From: Octopus sinensis
Lineage: Eukaryota
Direction: 5' to 3'
DNA: 64,000 nt
NCBI RefSeq assembly: GCF_006345805.1
Contig: NC_043010.1
Location: 10,974,001-11,038,000, forward strand
Numbering within the stretch: the first letter of the stretch is position 1; each line of letters opens with the position of its first letter. This document shows, in pieces, positions 12,561 through 24,473 of the stretch. The notes beneath the pieces were generated by a model. The model had not been told where the DNA came from, searched no databases, and was given only the letters and a program-made list of their open reading frames with translations. A program made the position numbers and the translations under genes.

Positions 12561-13344
12561 AATTTCAAACAGACATATCTGCCTTCTCAACCCTGCTGTC
12601 TCTTGTCCCGACTTATTATCTAAGATGTGATTATTGCAGAGGGAAAGGACTATACCAGCACTAAACTGGTGTTCACCTTGGGTTTAGCTGTGTAGCATGA
12701 AGCACTTTGCTCAATAACACCATGCACCGCCTGTTCAAGGAATTGAACTATGATCTTATAACCATCAGCAAAACATCTTCGATATACACCACATGCCATC
12801 ATGTGCAAATTAGATAAATTCAGTTCTAGCTAGGTTTTTATTCTATGAATGTTTATAAAGTAATATTCTCTCAGTAAATAGAATGCATTGGTAATAATGA
12901 AATGTGAAAATCAGACTAAGCTGGAATTTCATTGAGTAACATATTCTTCTATACACAATCATACAAACTTGGATATAAATAAATAAGTAAATATATATAT
13001 ATATATTCATATATATTTAAATAATGAGGGAGATAAATTGATATTAATTTAAAACCAGTAGCCTAGCATACAAAAATCTGAAAAATCAGAGAAAATTCTA
13101 ATACATGTGTATATTCAAAGGGCAAGACCGCTAGGTAGTCGGCCGTATGCTAGAAATAGATCACCAACGATCAAACTACAAAGAATGTTCTCTAGAGGAA
13201 AATTCAGCGAACACCAGAACAATTAGGCGGGAAAGACAGATGAAAATTATATAAAAAACAGAATTAATCACATATATAATCACATATATAAGTATATATA
13301 AATATATATATATACACGCATATATACATATATATATATGTTGT

Positions 13345-13525
13345 ATGTATGTGTGTGAAAACGAATGTTGGTGTGTTTACATCCCAATAACTTAGCAGTT
13401 CAGCAAACGAACTGATAGAATAAGTACTAGGCTTACAAAGAAAAGTCCTGGGGTCAATTTTCTCGACTAAAGGTGGTGCTCCAGCATGGCCCCAGTCAAA
13501 TGACTGAAACAAGTAAAAGAGTAAA
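13345..13525 (+). mobile_element. SINE family A, 3' half
   Basis: GGTGGTGCTCCAGCATGGCC..CAGTCAAATGACTGAAACAAGTAAAAGAG tail. Confidence 0.85.
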
Positions 13526-13674
13526 ATAATATATATGTATATATACATAAATATATATAATTCTCATATATATATATAATTCTCATATAGAATTTCTATT
13601 TTGTATGTATTTGTACACAGGACTTAGTGTTTGCTTCTTCCATGGGTATAAATAAGTATTTCATTTATTTCTTA

Positions 13675-13747
13675 CCGTATTTATCGCTGATGAGGAGAAA
13701 ATTCTTATGAATTAACTCTGAAATCGGGGCCGATACGATAATAACGG
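13675..13747 (+). ncRNA. Type I hammerhead ribozyme, canonical core
   Basis: CTGATGA 13687-13693; stem II GGAG/CTCT plus AATTC/GAATT; GAAA 13720-13723; stem III ATCGG/CCGAT; AUA triplet with cleavage after 13735; stem I TTATCG/CGATAA plus CCGT/ACGG. Confidence 0.8.
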
Positions 13748-14234
13748 AATTTTTTTAGAAATTTCTGTCGGCTTACTTCGAGACGCATGCTTATAGTGAT
13801 GAATTATATGGATATTGACGATTTAAGTCGATTTTCGGCATATTTGGCATTAGAATTTTTTCTTTTGCCCTTGTTTATAAGTTGTTTATATATATATATA
13901 TATATATATTGAGAGAGGTTGTTTATATATAAAAAGATAGATAGAGAGACAGACATCTACATATGTATAGAACTCTACGTACACATACTTAATAACATTT
14001 CATTGTCAAAATTGATTAGAAAACAATCAATATTAAATGATATTTATATATAATCATGCATGCATATTTAAATAGTATCATCTGTAACTATATGTTTGTG
14101 TGATAATATGTGTGTATGTATGATCTATGTATTTATGTGTGTGTTTGTGTATGTGTGTATTTAATGTGACTATGTTAAGGAAATCTTCAGAAACGAATAC
14201 ATTGGCGAAAAGTTTTAGCATTTATGAATATTTA

Positions 14235-14239
14235 AGTGT

Positions 14240-14291
<52 letters not shown>

Positions 14292-14340
14292 GTGTGTGTG
14301 TGTGTGTGTGCGTGTGTGTGTGTGTGTGTGAGTATGTGTG
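14235..14340. repeat. (TG)n microsatellite
   Basis: Direct reading. Confidence 0.95.
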
Positions 14341-16512
14341 TATAATACATCAAAAATACAGTTACCTCTGATACAGCTAACACTGCTTATATACACCCTC
14401 TTTTCGTTATCTGTTGCTTCTTTTCACTGGAAGAGTCCAAGAATTATTGAATTATTGTTTAGAATTAACTACATAGAAAAGACAAACAGCCAGAAGAATG
14501 AGGAAGAATACATTATAGTTATATATAAATAGTTTGAAACAGCAGACTAGTTTTCGACAGGAAGAGAAATACATCTTGAGAATTAAAATCTAGAGTTGAA
14601 AATAATGCTTATCCACCTATTCTATGGCTCCAAAAATGTATTTTAAAATAATATATCACAGGGAGACTGAAGTCAGTGTCTAGCAATTTACTAAGGAAGT
14701 TCATTAAATAACATATTAGAAAGTTTCAAAACACCTAGTCAAATATAGATTATGTAATTATACAGCACATGATTGAGGATCGGCTCTTAGAGCTTACTAA
14801 TAGACTTTCTAATTATCTAACACAAATAAGAGTCTCAATCCATTCTGCAAATTAACATTAAGAAACGGCCAGCTAATTGCAGGTGTTCAGTCAGTAAATT
14901 AATGTTAAGAAATGGCCAGCTAATTACAGGTGTTAATTATATTTCTTTGAGAAATGGTCATAATTATGAAGTAATTTATTTACTAAATTAATTATCTTTC
15001 TCCATGTTAGCAATGCAATTATTTGGCAGTTTGTAACTTCATAATTCCAGCAATTTAAATATATTGCCTTTAGGAATGCTTTAAACTCAATGACCACTAA
15101 AGACAAATTTAACGAAACGGTTTCGACAATGCTTTCAACAAGCCGATAACTTCATTCTAGAAACCTTACAATTCATAAAAGGAAAATAGTCCAAATGTAT
15201 TTCTTACATCATTTATCTGAAATTTATTGCATTTTCTTTCCTCTTTATAAAGAAACATTTAAAAATCATTAATAAAGCATACATCTCGGATATAAAAATT
15301 CTATTGCTGTACATTGCATATTTCATTTCTTAAATGCATAAGAAAACATTTAATCAAATAAATTACAACTATTCAACAAAGAAAAAAATTTAAATAAGGC
15401 AGCAAAGAAAAATATTTTATGATATAATTGTTTTTTTATCTTCTTTCTTTCTGCGTGATGAACTTAGCTCTGATATATTTGAAGTTTGCAGAATTCTCAA
15501 GAAATAAATATAATATAATATAAAAAATTTTAACTGATTTTTCTTTCTGGCTTCAGAGTTTTTCCATTTTCTTTATATTAATCATACATAACAGATTCTA
15601 ATGGTAAGTAGAAGCAAACGATGAATACAGTTTGGAATACAAAATATTTTTCATTTATCTATTTATTTATTTATTTGTTTCCTAATTGTTGGATATTGAT
15701 ATCCAGACTGTATTTGGAAGAAGAAGAAGAAGAAGAAGAAAAAATAACTGAGTTGAATCAGTAAAACTCGTAAGTGCAAAACCTAGTTATGCATTGTGTA
15801 AACCACTCGTTAATACATACGCATTTTAACAAAGACATGTGAAGTGATGGACAGAAATGGATTTACATAAAGAATGCCCTCTAAATTTCAAGCTAAATAA
15901 AATTTAAATTACACTTTCATTTCATACTTATTGTATAGTTATTTCATTCATTGGGTAGTTCATGTTGGTTCTTTGCTACCAGAAAGCTGCGTTTAGTCAA
16001 ACACATTGAGTAGATATTTCTATATTCAGAGGGAAAAATTCAAATGAAATGAGATATTGATTTATATGAGTAATATTTGTATTTTTAATTGTCTTTGCTT
16101 TAGTTAGACCATTTACAATATTAATTAATTTAATATGAGACTAAGACAAACAACAGAATTTAATTTGTGTCAATGAAGTTTGGATATTTCTATGATGCTA
16201 GAAATTTTTGAGAATTCTTTATCAGTTATGTGGTTGCAGTTCATAGCCAGATGGTTCTGGCTTTGATATTACAGGCAAGGGTGAGACAGAAAGCTGGCCA
16301 AATCAAATTCTGCCAAGGTCAATTCTGTCTTTCAACCTTTCAAGATTGATAAAATAAGTACCAGTTGAAAACTGGTGTTGATAAAATTGACTTACCCTGC
16401 TCCCCGAAAATTGCTAGCCTTACAGTTCTATATTTTAAGAGATGGGGAATTATGTACATTATTTACATTATTTATATTTGACAGATATTTGTCCTCATCT
16501 TGTTTGTTGTTA

Positions 16513-16556
16513 ACACAACATTTCGGCTGATATACTCTCCAGCCTTCATCAGGTGT
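16513..16556 (-). ncRNA. Minimal (dimer-type) hammerhead motif, probably Penelope-like-derived
   Basis: Minus strand ACAC-CTGATGA-A-GGCTG-n10-CAGCC-GAAA-TGTT-GTGT; stem III reduced. Confidence 0.6.
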
Positions 16557-16639
16557 ATATGGCGTAGTGGTTAAGAGCACAGTCTATTAATCCCAAGATT
16601 CCAGACTTTTTTCAAACAAGGAAAAAGCAGAATACAAGA

Positions 16640-16800
16640 CATACAATACAAGAAATATTCCCCTTCTTCAGTTGTCCTGTTTGAAAAAAGTCCATTTCCT
16701 GTTTTGTTTTTATGTTTTCGTTTCTCATTGTGTTCAACGTTTTTTGGTGTCCTGTACCCATATATGCATGTATATATACATGAATATGTAGGTATGTACA
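16640..16800 (-). repeat. Unclassified interspersed repeat, also at about 31960-32090 (+)
   Basis: Shared GGGTACAGGACACCAAAAAA..GAACACAATGAGAAACGAAAACATAAA. Confidence 0.75.
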
Positions 16801-16870
16801 TATATGTATGTATATATGCATATGTTTATATATTATTTTGTTATTATATGTATGTATATATTGTTTGTTT

Positions 16871-16920
16871 GTTTGTTTCTAGTTTCAGCTTATGAGCTGT
16901 GGCCATGCTGGGGCACCGCC
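16871..16920 (-). mobile_element. Isolated CR1-type LINE 3' tail
   Basis: Reverse complement GGCGGTGCCCCAGCATGGCCACAGCTCATAAGCTGAAACTAG. Confidence 0.6.
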
Positions 16921-16934
16921 ATATATATATATAT

Positions 16935-17844
16935 ATACAAAATTAAGAGGAATACCCCTATATGCTAAACATAGACGTCAAATCGCCATTACCACGAAGA
17001 ATGTATTCTCAAGAAAAAATCTCAGCAAAAATGCCAAAATGTAAAAATGATCATGACAAATGAAAACATACGAAATAAAAACGATTACCTACGTACCAAT
17101 TGCTTTCCCTTGTTAATATCTACGTATATAAATCACACATATAGGTTATCATCATAAAGAGCATCCAACTACAAGATAAATGTCTCAATAAGGAGTGGAT
17201 GTGTGGTAAGTAGCTTGCTAACCAACCACATGGTTCCGGGTTCAGTCCCACTACGTGGCACCTTGAGCAAGTGTCTTCTGCTATAGCCTCGGGCCGACCA
17301 ATGCCTTGTGAGTGGATTTGGTAGACGGAAACTGAAAGAAGCCTGTCATATATGTATATATATATGTATATATATATATATATGTGTGTATGTTTGTGTG
17401 TTGTGTTTGTTCCCTAGCATTGCTTGACAACTGATGCTGGTGTGTTTACGTCCCCGTCACTTAGCGGTTTGGCAAAAGAGACCGATAGAATAAGTACTGG
17501 GCTTACAAAGAATAAGTCCCAGGGTCGATTTGCTTGACTAAAGGCGGTGCTCCAGCATGGCCACAGTCAAATGACTGAAACAAGTAAAAGAGTAAAAAGA
17601 GTAAAGAGTATGTCTACGTATATAAAACACACATATATACATAGATATTAATAAGGGAAACCAATTGGTACGTAGGTAATCGTTTTTATTTCGTATGTTT
17701 TCATTTGTTTTGATCATTTTTACATTTTGGCGTTTTTGCTGAGATTTTTTCTTGAGAACACATTGTTCATGGTAATGGTGATTTGACGTCTATGTTTAGC
17801 ATATAGGGTGTCCACTTTAATGGTCATTCCTCTTAATTTTGTAT
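16935..17844. mobile_element. Foldback element with about 190-bp inverted arms enclosing a SINE
   Basis: 16935-17122 is the reverse complement of 17642-17844 at roughly 90% identity, with one insertion in the right arm. Confidence 0.8.
17191..17610 (+). mobile_element. SINE family A, full length
   Basis: Head, core, microsatellite and GAGTAAAA tail all present. Confidence 0.93.
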
Positions 17845-18464
17845 GTAACACAATTTTTAATCTTCGGATTATTAAATATGCTAAGCCACTGGTTTTAATT
17901 GATTAACATCAATTTCTACCCTTATTATTTAACTTTATATATATATATATATATATTCATCATGATAATTGGTGAACAAGTCATCTATTTCTACCTTACC
18001 TGCTTATATGTCTAAAATTTATCTGACAATGGTGAGTTTTTGCTAAGATGCATTCTATGAATGTATTAATAAATTGCTGCCGAAACAGCTGTTGTGAATT
18101 TTGAACACCACTTGCACACTTGTGTGTGTGTGTTTAAATACATTGTTCATTTTTACATCAGAGCTTTTATGATAGCAAACATTATTGAGACATTTATCTT
18201 GTAGTTGGATGCTCTTTATGACGATAACCTATACCAGCTTTTCAAGTAAGGGGCCTCTTATTCTATGCTGCTTCAAAGGCATGAAGTGAGTAAGTGATTT
18301 ATTGACGAGAGAGGGGCCAACAGGAACATCGTGCAAACATGATGACTTTCATGTAGGTGAGAGGCAGATGTAAGCAAGGGCACAAACATATACAAATATG
18401 CACACACAAATGTATATGTACATATATGTATACACACCCACACACACAAAAAGACGTACATGTA

Positions 18465-18495
<31 letters not shown>

Positions 18496-18649
18496 GTGTT
18501 GTACAAGCATGACAGTGTGTTTTAGAAGTTTACTTCCCAACCAAGGGGTTTTGAGTTCAGTGCCACTGTGTGGCACATTCGGAAAATGTCTGCAATCAAA
18601 TAAATCATTGTGACTGTATTGGGTGAACAGAAGCTAAATGAAGCAACAT

Positions 18650-18965
18650 AAGTAGCAAGATCATCAGAAAGAAGTCCGGCGTGAGGGATGTCATCGCAGA
18701 GTATACATGCAGCAAGTTTAGATGGGCTGGACACGTCGCCCGGCTCACCGATAATCGGTGGACCCACGCAGTTGTTGAGTGGTACCCGCACAAGCGGAAA
18801 AGACCACCCGGAAGACCTCCACGACAGTGGAGTTACGATTTCAGGAGGACGATTGGGATCACGTGGATGAGAAAGGTGTGATCCAGAGAGGAGTGGACAG
18901 TGTGCTGTGACCAGCGGTGTCAAATGGATGCCTGACGGACTGGTCGGTCAAGGTGATCAAGGTGA
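18650..18965 (+). mobile_element. RTE-clade LINE 3' fragment, same family as 9304-9698
   Basis: RWAGHVARLTDNRWTHAVVEWYP..RPPGRPP; CTGGTCGGTCAAGGTGA tail. Confidence 0.9.
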
Positions 18966-18974
18966 AGCTGTTAA

Positions 18975-19108
18975 ACTGTCTACTCACAAGATTCTGATTG
19001 GTCTGAGGTTATAGTAGACGACATTTGTCCAAGGTGCCACACAATGGGACTGAACCCAGAACTATGTGGTGGGGAACCAAACTTCTTACCACATAGCCAT
19101 GCCTGTGC
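18975..19108 (-). mobile_element. SINE family A head
   Basis: Reverse complement of the family A head and core. Confidence 0.75.
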
Positions 19109-19677
19109 CTATTTAAATACACTCATAAAAATGATCTTTATTCAATACTTAAAATATACAAATGCAACAATTCACCTTGAGTTTTCTCTACATGTTAAAT
19201 TCTATCTGGTAACAAATAAGTGAGTCTATGAATGTCTGTTTGCGTATGTGTAGGTATGTTTGTGTACACTGTGTAATAACAATGCATCAATATGCATCCC
19301 TTGGCATCAAAAGTTAACTGAAGCATTTGAGGTATAGAAATCAATAAAATCAGTTCAAGACCAACATATGTACCAGCATTGATATGATCAACTAAAACTC
19401 CTTGAAGATGGGGAACTCTATTGGCTGAAACTAGGAAAAGAATGTGCTAAATAAGAGTTAAGCTATAGAAGCCTGTTGTTCTAACCAACTAAGATACAGA
19501 GACAGCAAGCATGGAAATATTTAGGCAGTGGCACGGCTGGTTAAGAAGCATGATTCCCAACTATGTGGTAACTGAATCCTTATAATTGGATTTGGTATTT
19601 GAAAACTGAAAGAAACCCATCACACACACACACACATATATAGAGATGCCTATATATATACACATATATATGTATAC

Positions 19678-19711
<34 letters not shown>

Positions 19712-19739
19712 GACCTCTTGTGTACCGTTCCCATTTTGA

Positions 19740-19785
<46 letters not shown>

Positions 19786-19875
19786 GTTAATCCAAACAAG
19801 AAAACACAAAAAAACACAACAACGCAAGGACGTGGAACAAATATAGAATTATTGGACGCTCATGAAAGAAGGAGG

Positions 19876-19910
19876 GTTTAACGTTTCGAGCGGAGCTCTT
19901 CGTCGGAAAC
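19876..19910 (-). ncRNA. Minimal hammerhead-like motif with U4C substitution
   Basis: Minus strand GTTT-CCGACGA-A-GAGC-TCC-GCTC-GAAA-CGTT-AAAC; palindromic ACGT stem III. Confidence 0.5.
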
Positions 19911-20626
19911 ATAGGAGAAGGAAAGATCCAGAGAAGGGAAGACAGAGGAAAAAAAAATCGCCAATGGTACACACGAGGTCACATTTTATGTATATATATA
20001 TATATGTAGGTATATATGTTTGTGGCCATATCACTTGACAATTAGTGTTGGTTTGTTTATGTCCCCATAACTTAGCAATTCACCAGTATAAATAGATAAA
20101 ATAAGTACTGAGCCTGAAAAGATAAATACTAAGGTTGACTTGTTTAACTAAACACTTCAAAGTGGTGCTCTGCCTGGCCATAGGCCAAAGACTGAAATTA
20201 ACGATAAAAGGTAATTGTTTGATCTACTAGATATAACAACTAAATCTCGTTTGTATCATATCTACTGGCATAATGGAGATAAGTCCAGGTAAACCTTGGC
20301 CTTGGTTCTTTGTTTTGGCGTATCAACTTCAGCATATTTTCAGTCGTAGAGAAGAAAGCATCACAAGGACCTTATTTTTATACTCTGCCATGCAAGTCAT
20401 GGTACAATATGGTCATCTGCTCAAAGATAATCAGAAGCTACAAGAACAGGAGTAATCATCAAGTTGAAGATGTTTGGCACAAAATAGTCTTGATTTTGCT
20501 TAGATTCACTGCTGATGCTTGACAGTCAATGACAGTCAATGTGTGTGTGTGTGTGTGTGTGCGTGTGTGTGTGTGTGCGCGTGTGTATGTGTGTACCTAC
20601 TTAGATGCATGGATATAGGTTATATG

Positions 20627-20928
20627 TGCGGTGGCACGTAAAAAGCACCATCCGAATCGTGGCCGAAGCCAGCGCCGCCTCGACTGGCTTCTGTGCCGGT
20701 AGCACATAAAATGTACCGATCCGACCGTGGCCGTTGCCAGCCTCGCCTGGCACCTGTGCGGGGGGCACGTAAAAAGCACCCACTACACTCACGGAGTGGT
20801 TGGTGTTAGGAAGGGCATCCAGCTGTAGAAACATTGCCAGATAAGACTGGAGCCTGGTGCAGCCTTCTGGCTTCCCAGATCCCCGGTCGAACCATCCAAC
20901 CCATGCTAGCATGGAGAACGGATGTTAA

Positions 20929-20958
<30 letters not shown>
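20627..20958 (+). mobile_element. SINE-like family D with (GAT)n tail
   Basis: Repeated GGCACGTAAAAAGCACC, GGAAGGGCATCCAGC core, CCAACCCATGCTAGCATGG...(GAT)n end; further copies at 43620, 58625 and 63690. Confidence 0.85.
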
Positions 20959-20960
<2 letters not shown>

Positions 20961-22339
20961 AGAGCATTGAATACAACAGCGAAGTTGTTGTTTAATCACA
21001 TGTCCTTCTCATTTGACAAGCCTATCAACAAAGATTCCAACCATAAACATTCTGTATGTTCTCCTTCCTAGCAAAGCATGTCTTTCCTATTTTAATATAG
21101 AATGATGTAGTTGAGTGAAATTTGGCTGTTATTTCTAGCAGGTGTTGTGACCATATGTAAAGGTTCCTATTATAGATTGAAAGCACAATGGTGCTATTAT
21201 GGGATATTCATTGATGTTTGTTGGTGTTTATAGTTGTTTAATCATATAACTTAAAAAATTAAGTCGTGGAGTTTGGAGCAAATTGCAACTATTAACTCCT
21301 TGTATTTGTAACAGTAAGATATGTTATGTAAACACAACTAAAGGAAACAACGTTTTTTTTAAACATCTCTTCTACTATCTGTAACCATTAATGCTGTAAA
21401 TGACGATCCTTTATCATTCTGGGGAAAGAGAGACAGACAGAGAGGCAGAGAGACAGAGACAGAGAGATATATTAGCAAGCAGTACATTTCTTTGAGTTCT
21501 CTGACAATCAAGTACAAGCTTGGTTTCTCATATGGTGATAATGAAGCTTTGTTATCTGATAATAGCTTAAGGTATCTTTAGGTGTTCAGGAAGGCACAAC
21601 AATGGTTCTTCAACAAAGAGACAATGTGAACATGAACAGGAAATATTATTTTGCCTCAATAATCCTCTTTTGAAGGAGAATAACTTAAAGTTGTTTTGGC
21701 AATCTATCTATGAACATTTAAGACTTGTTCTTCCCTTAGGATAGCAATACACATCCTTTAAATGAATCATGTAAAGTCTTATAGTTTCAGATCTTTCAAA
21801 GCAGAGGGAAACCTCTTAGGTATTTTATAATCACAGCTGATGTAGCAATAGAAAAATATATACAGTATTAGATGTAAGCTATGATTCAGCTTCAAAGATC
21901 TTGATAAATAGCCTAATTTTCTTCAGTAGATTAGAAGAGAACTTATTTATCAATATATTTCAAGCTTCAAGTTAATGTTAAAGACAAAGAATATGCTGAA
22001 AACTACTTTAGAAGTCATAAGTCTATAGACAACAATTTCATAGAAATTCAACACAATTCGTATCATTTGTGTAGTTAAAAGTTTCCTGGTTACATCAGTT
22101 TGTAAGTATATGCTAAATATAATGTAAATGTTTGATCTTAATGATGTTTTCAATACATTCACATAAATTTTGTTTCAAAGATAACAAAATAATTTAAACA
22201 TTCATACTAAGCCCTGTATTAGACATGCAATCTTTCAATTCTGATTTTATTGAATTTGTCTCAACTACAAGAAAAGAGAAGACAAACTTCTTGAAGTGAG
22301 AAGTGAACATCAAATAAAACTAAATTTTGGATTAAACAA

Positions 22340-22353
22340 ACATAACACATGCA

Positions 22354-22385
<32 letters not shown>

Positions 22386-22469
22386 CACACACACATACAC
22401 ACATGCACACATGCATGCACAAACATTTTCACTAACATATACGTAAACGCTTTCAACCACATGCACACT

Positions 22470-22503
<34 letters not shown>

Positions 22504-22730
22504 CATGCACACAAACACTCACACACACACACACACATGCATACTTGCACATACATGGACACTGACACGCACATGAACACTGGCATATACATGTATACCC
22601 ACACATATATGCACACAAACATACATATCCATATTCACACACACACACACACACACACATACACATATGCATGCACATATATGAACACTCTCACACATGT
22701 GCATACTACTCACACACACACATACACATG
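22340..22730. repeat. (CA)n-rich compound microsatellite
   Basis: Direct reading. Confidence 0.95.
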
Positions 22731-23040
22731 CTCACATTTTTGCTGTAAAAAAGAAAAACGCTTTGAAATTATTTAATAAAACAGAAACTATTGAGTTTAG
22801 GCGAAGGTGGGAAGGATATCGAAAAATAATTCTTTTTGGTAAAAGCATGTACTGAAAAATAATTTTAAACAGTAAATTTTTATTTTTACTTAACATTGCA
22901 TGTCTTGAACTAATAATATCAAGTGATACTAGCAATATTAATGTTTCAAGTTTTTTTTTTCTTTTTTATTATATTTTCCTCTATTTCATTATAAAAAAAT
23001 TTGAAAGATTTTTCAAAATTCTTCTAATTCACTGCAATGT

Positions 23041-23074
<34 letters not shown>

Positions 23075-23690
23075 AATGATAATAGTAATAATAATAATAA
23101 TGATGATGATGATGATGATGATGATAATAATAATAATAACAACAACACCAATGATAGTAATAATAATAAAAATAATGATCTGGGATTTTAAGCATAAATT
23201 AATTCAGTAAAGAATCCTCAGGGATTTGAAAAATTTAGTTTGTAAACATCTGAAGATTTGAGTGAATAATGGGATTTCAGAATGTAAAAAGAGAATAAAA
23301 TAAAAATTAAATTTTATAAAAAACAGGATTTTACAAACTCTCAAAAAATAATAAATAAATAAATAAAATTTATAAATAGAAGGTATGTTTGTGTCCAGAA
23401 GTCAAAGACAAATTCCTGATTTCTGTTGATGAAATAGCAGCTGTTATCATCGGTGATCGTTGATAGTGAATCTTGTTTTTTATGCATAAAAATGATGTCG
23501 TGGTTTAAACATATACACATGCAGTCACATGGAACTGAATGTCTTGCTTCACACTTTATCTCAAGCAATTAACCTTAGATGGATACATCTCAAAATAGTA
23601 ATATTTGAGACATGTATTCACCTGGAATAGATTCCTAATATGAGAATCATCCATTGGTTGTAATACACAGAAACATGTCTACATGGAGAT

Positions 23691-23993
23691 CACGTCACGT
23701 GACCGACCAGACCATCAGATGTTGCTACACATCACTGGTCTCAATGCGCTTCGCATTGTTTTAGCCTTCGAATGACGCCACCCCGCTGGCTAAGCGAGCA
23801 GGCCAACAGAAGAAAGAGTGAGAGAAAAAGTGGTGAAAGAGTACGGCAGGGATCACCACCCCCTGCCGGAGCCTCGTGGAGCTTTTAGGTGTTTTCGCTC
23901 AATAAACACTCACAACGCCCGGTCTGAGAATTGAAACTGCGATCCTACGACTGCGAGTCCACTGCCCAAACCACTGGGTCATTGCACCTGCAC
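23691..23993 (-). mobile_element. SINE family C with alternative RTE-type tail
   Basis: 5' half homologous to 12172-12350; different 3' half; TSD ACATGGAGAT at 23681-23690 and 23994-24003. Confidence 0.9.
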
Positions 23994-24259
23994 ACATGGA
24001 GATATAGTGTCAAAATTGTTAGAATTGTTAAAGATTAATGTGTAATACCCAGCAAAACATGGCAAAGTGTTAATACAGGAATTTTCACTTATGTAATACA
24101 CTGAGCATTATTATTATGATTATTGTTAAGGCAGCGAGCTGGCAGAAATGTTAACACAATGGTGAAATGCTTAGCAGTATTTCATCTGTCTTTGTGCTCT
24201 AAGTACTTGCAGCCCCTGTTTGTTTCATGTACTTGCAGCCCCTATTTGTTTCATGTACA

Positions 24260-24273
24260 TAATAATAATAATA

Positions 24274-24321
<48 letters not shown>

Positions 24322-24473
24322 TAATAACAATAATAATAATAATAATAATAATAACAACAATAATAATAATAATAATAATAATTATTATTATTATATTATT
24401 ATTATTATTGTTATTACTATTATTAAAATTATTATTATTATTATTGTCATTATTATTATTACTATTATTATTG
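24260..24473. repeat. (AAT)n directly abutting (ATT)n
   Basis: Direct reading; strand switch near 24381. Confidence 0.95.

Noticed and set aside
15071-15150. Terminal exon NALNSMTTKDKFNETVSTMLSTSR*
   Set aside because: An acceptor is present but nothing else supports it, and it conflicts with downstream plus-strand exon candidates.
16645-16680. Minus-strand CTGAAGAAGGGG hammerhead start
   Set aside because: No GAAA or cleavage triplet follows; at most a remnant.
21460-22270. Possible hAT transposase or LINE relic
   Set aside because: Only weak, non-collinear resemblance with many stops; cannot be supported without a search.
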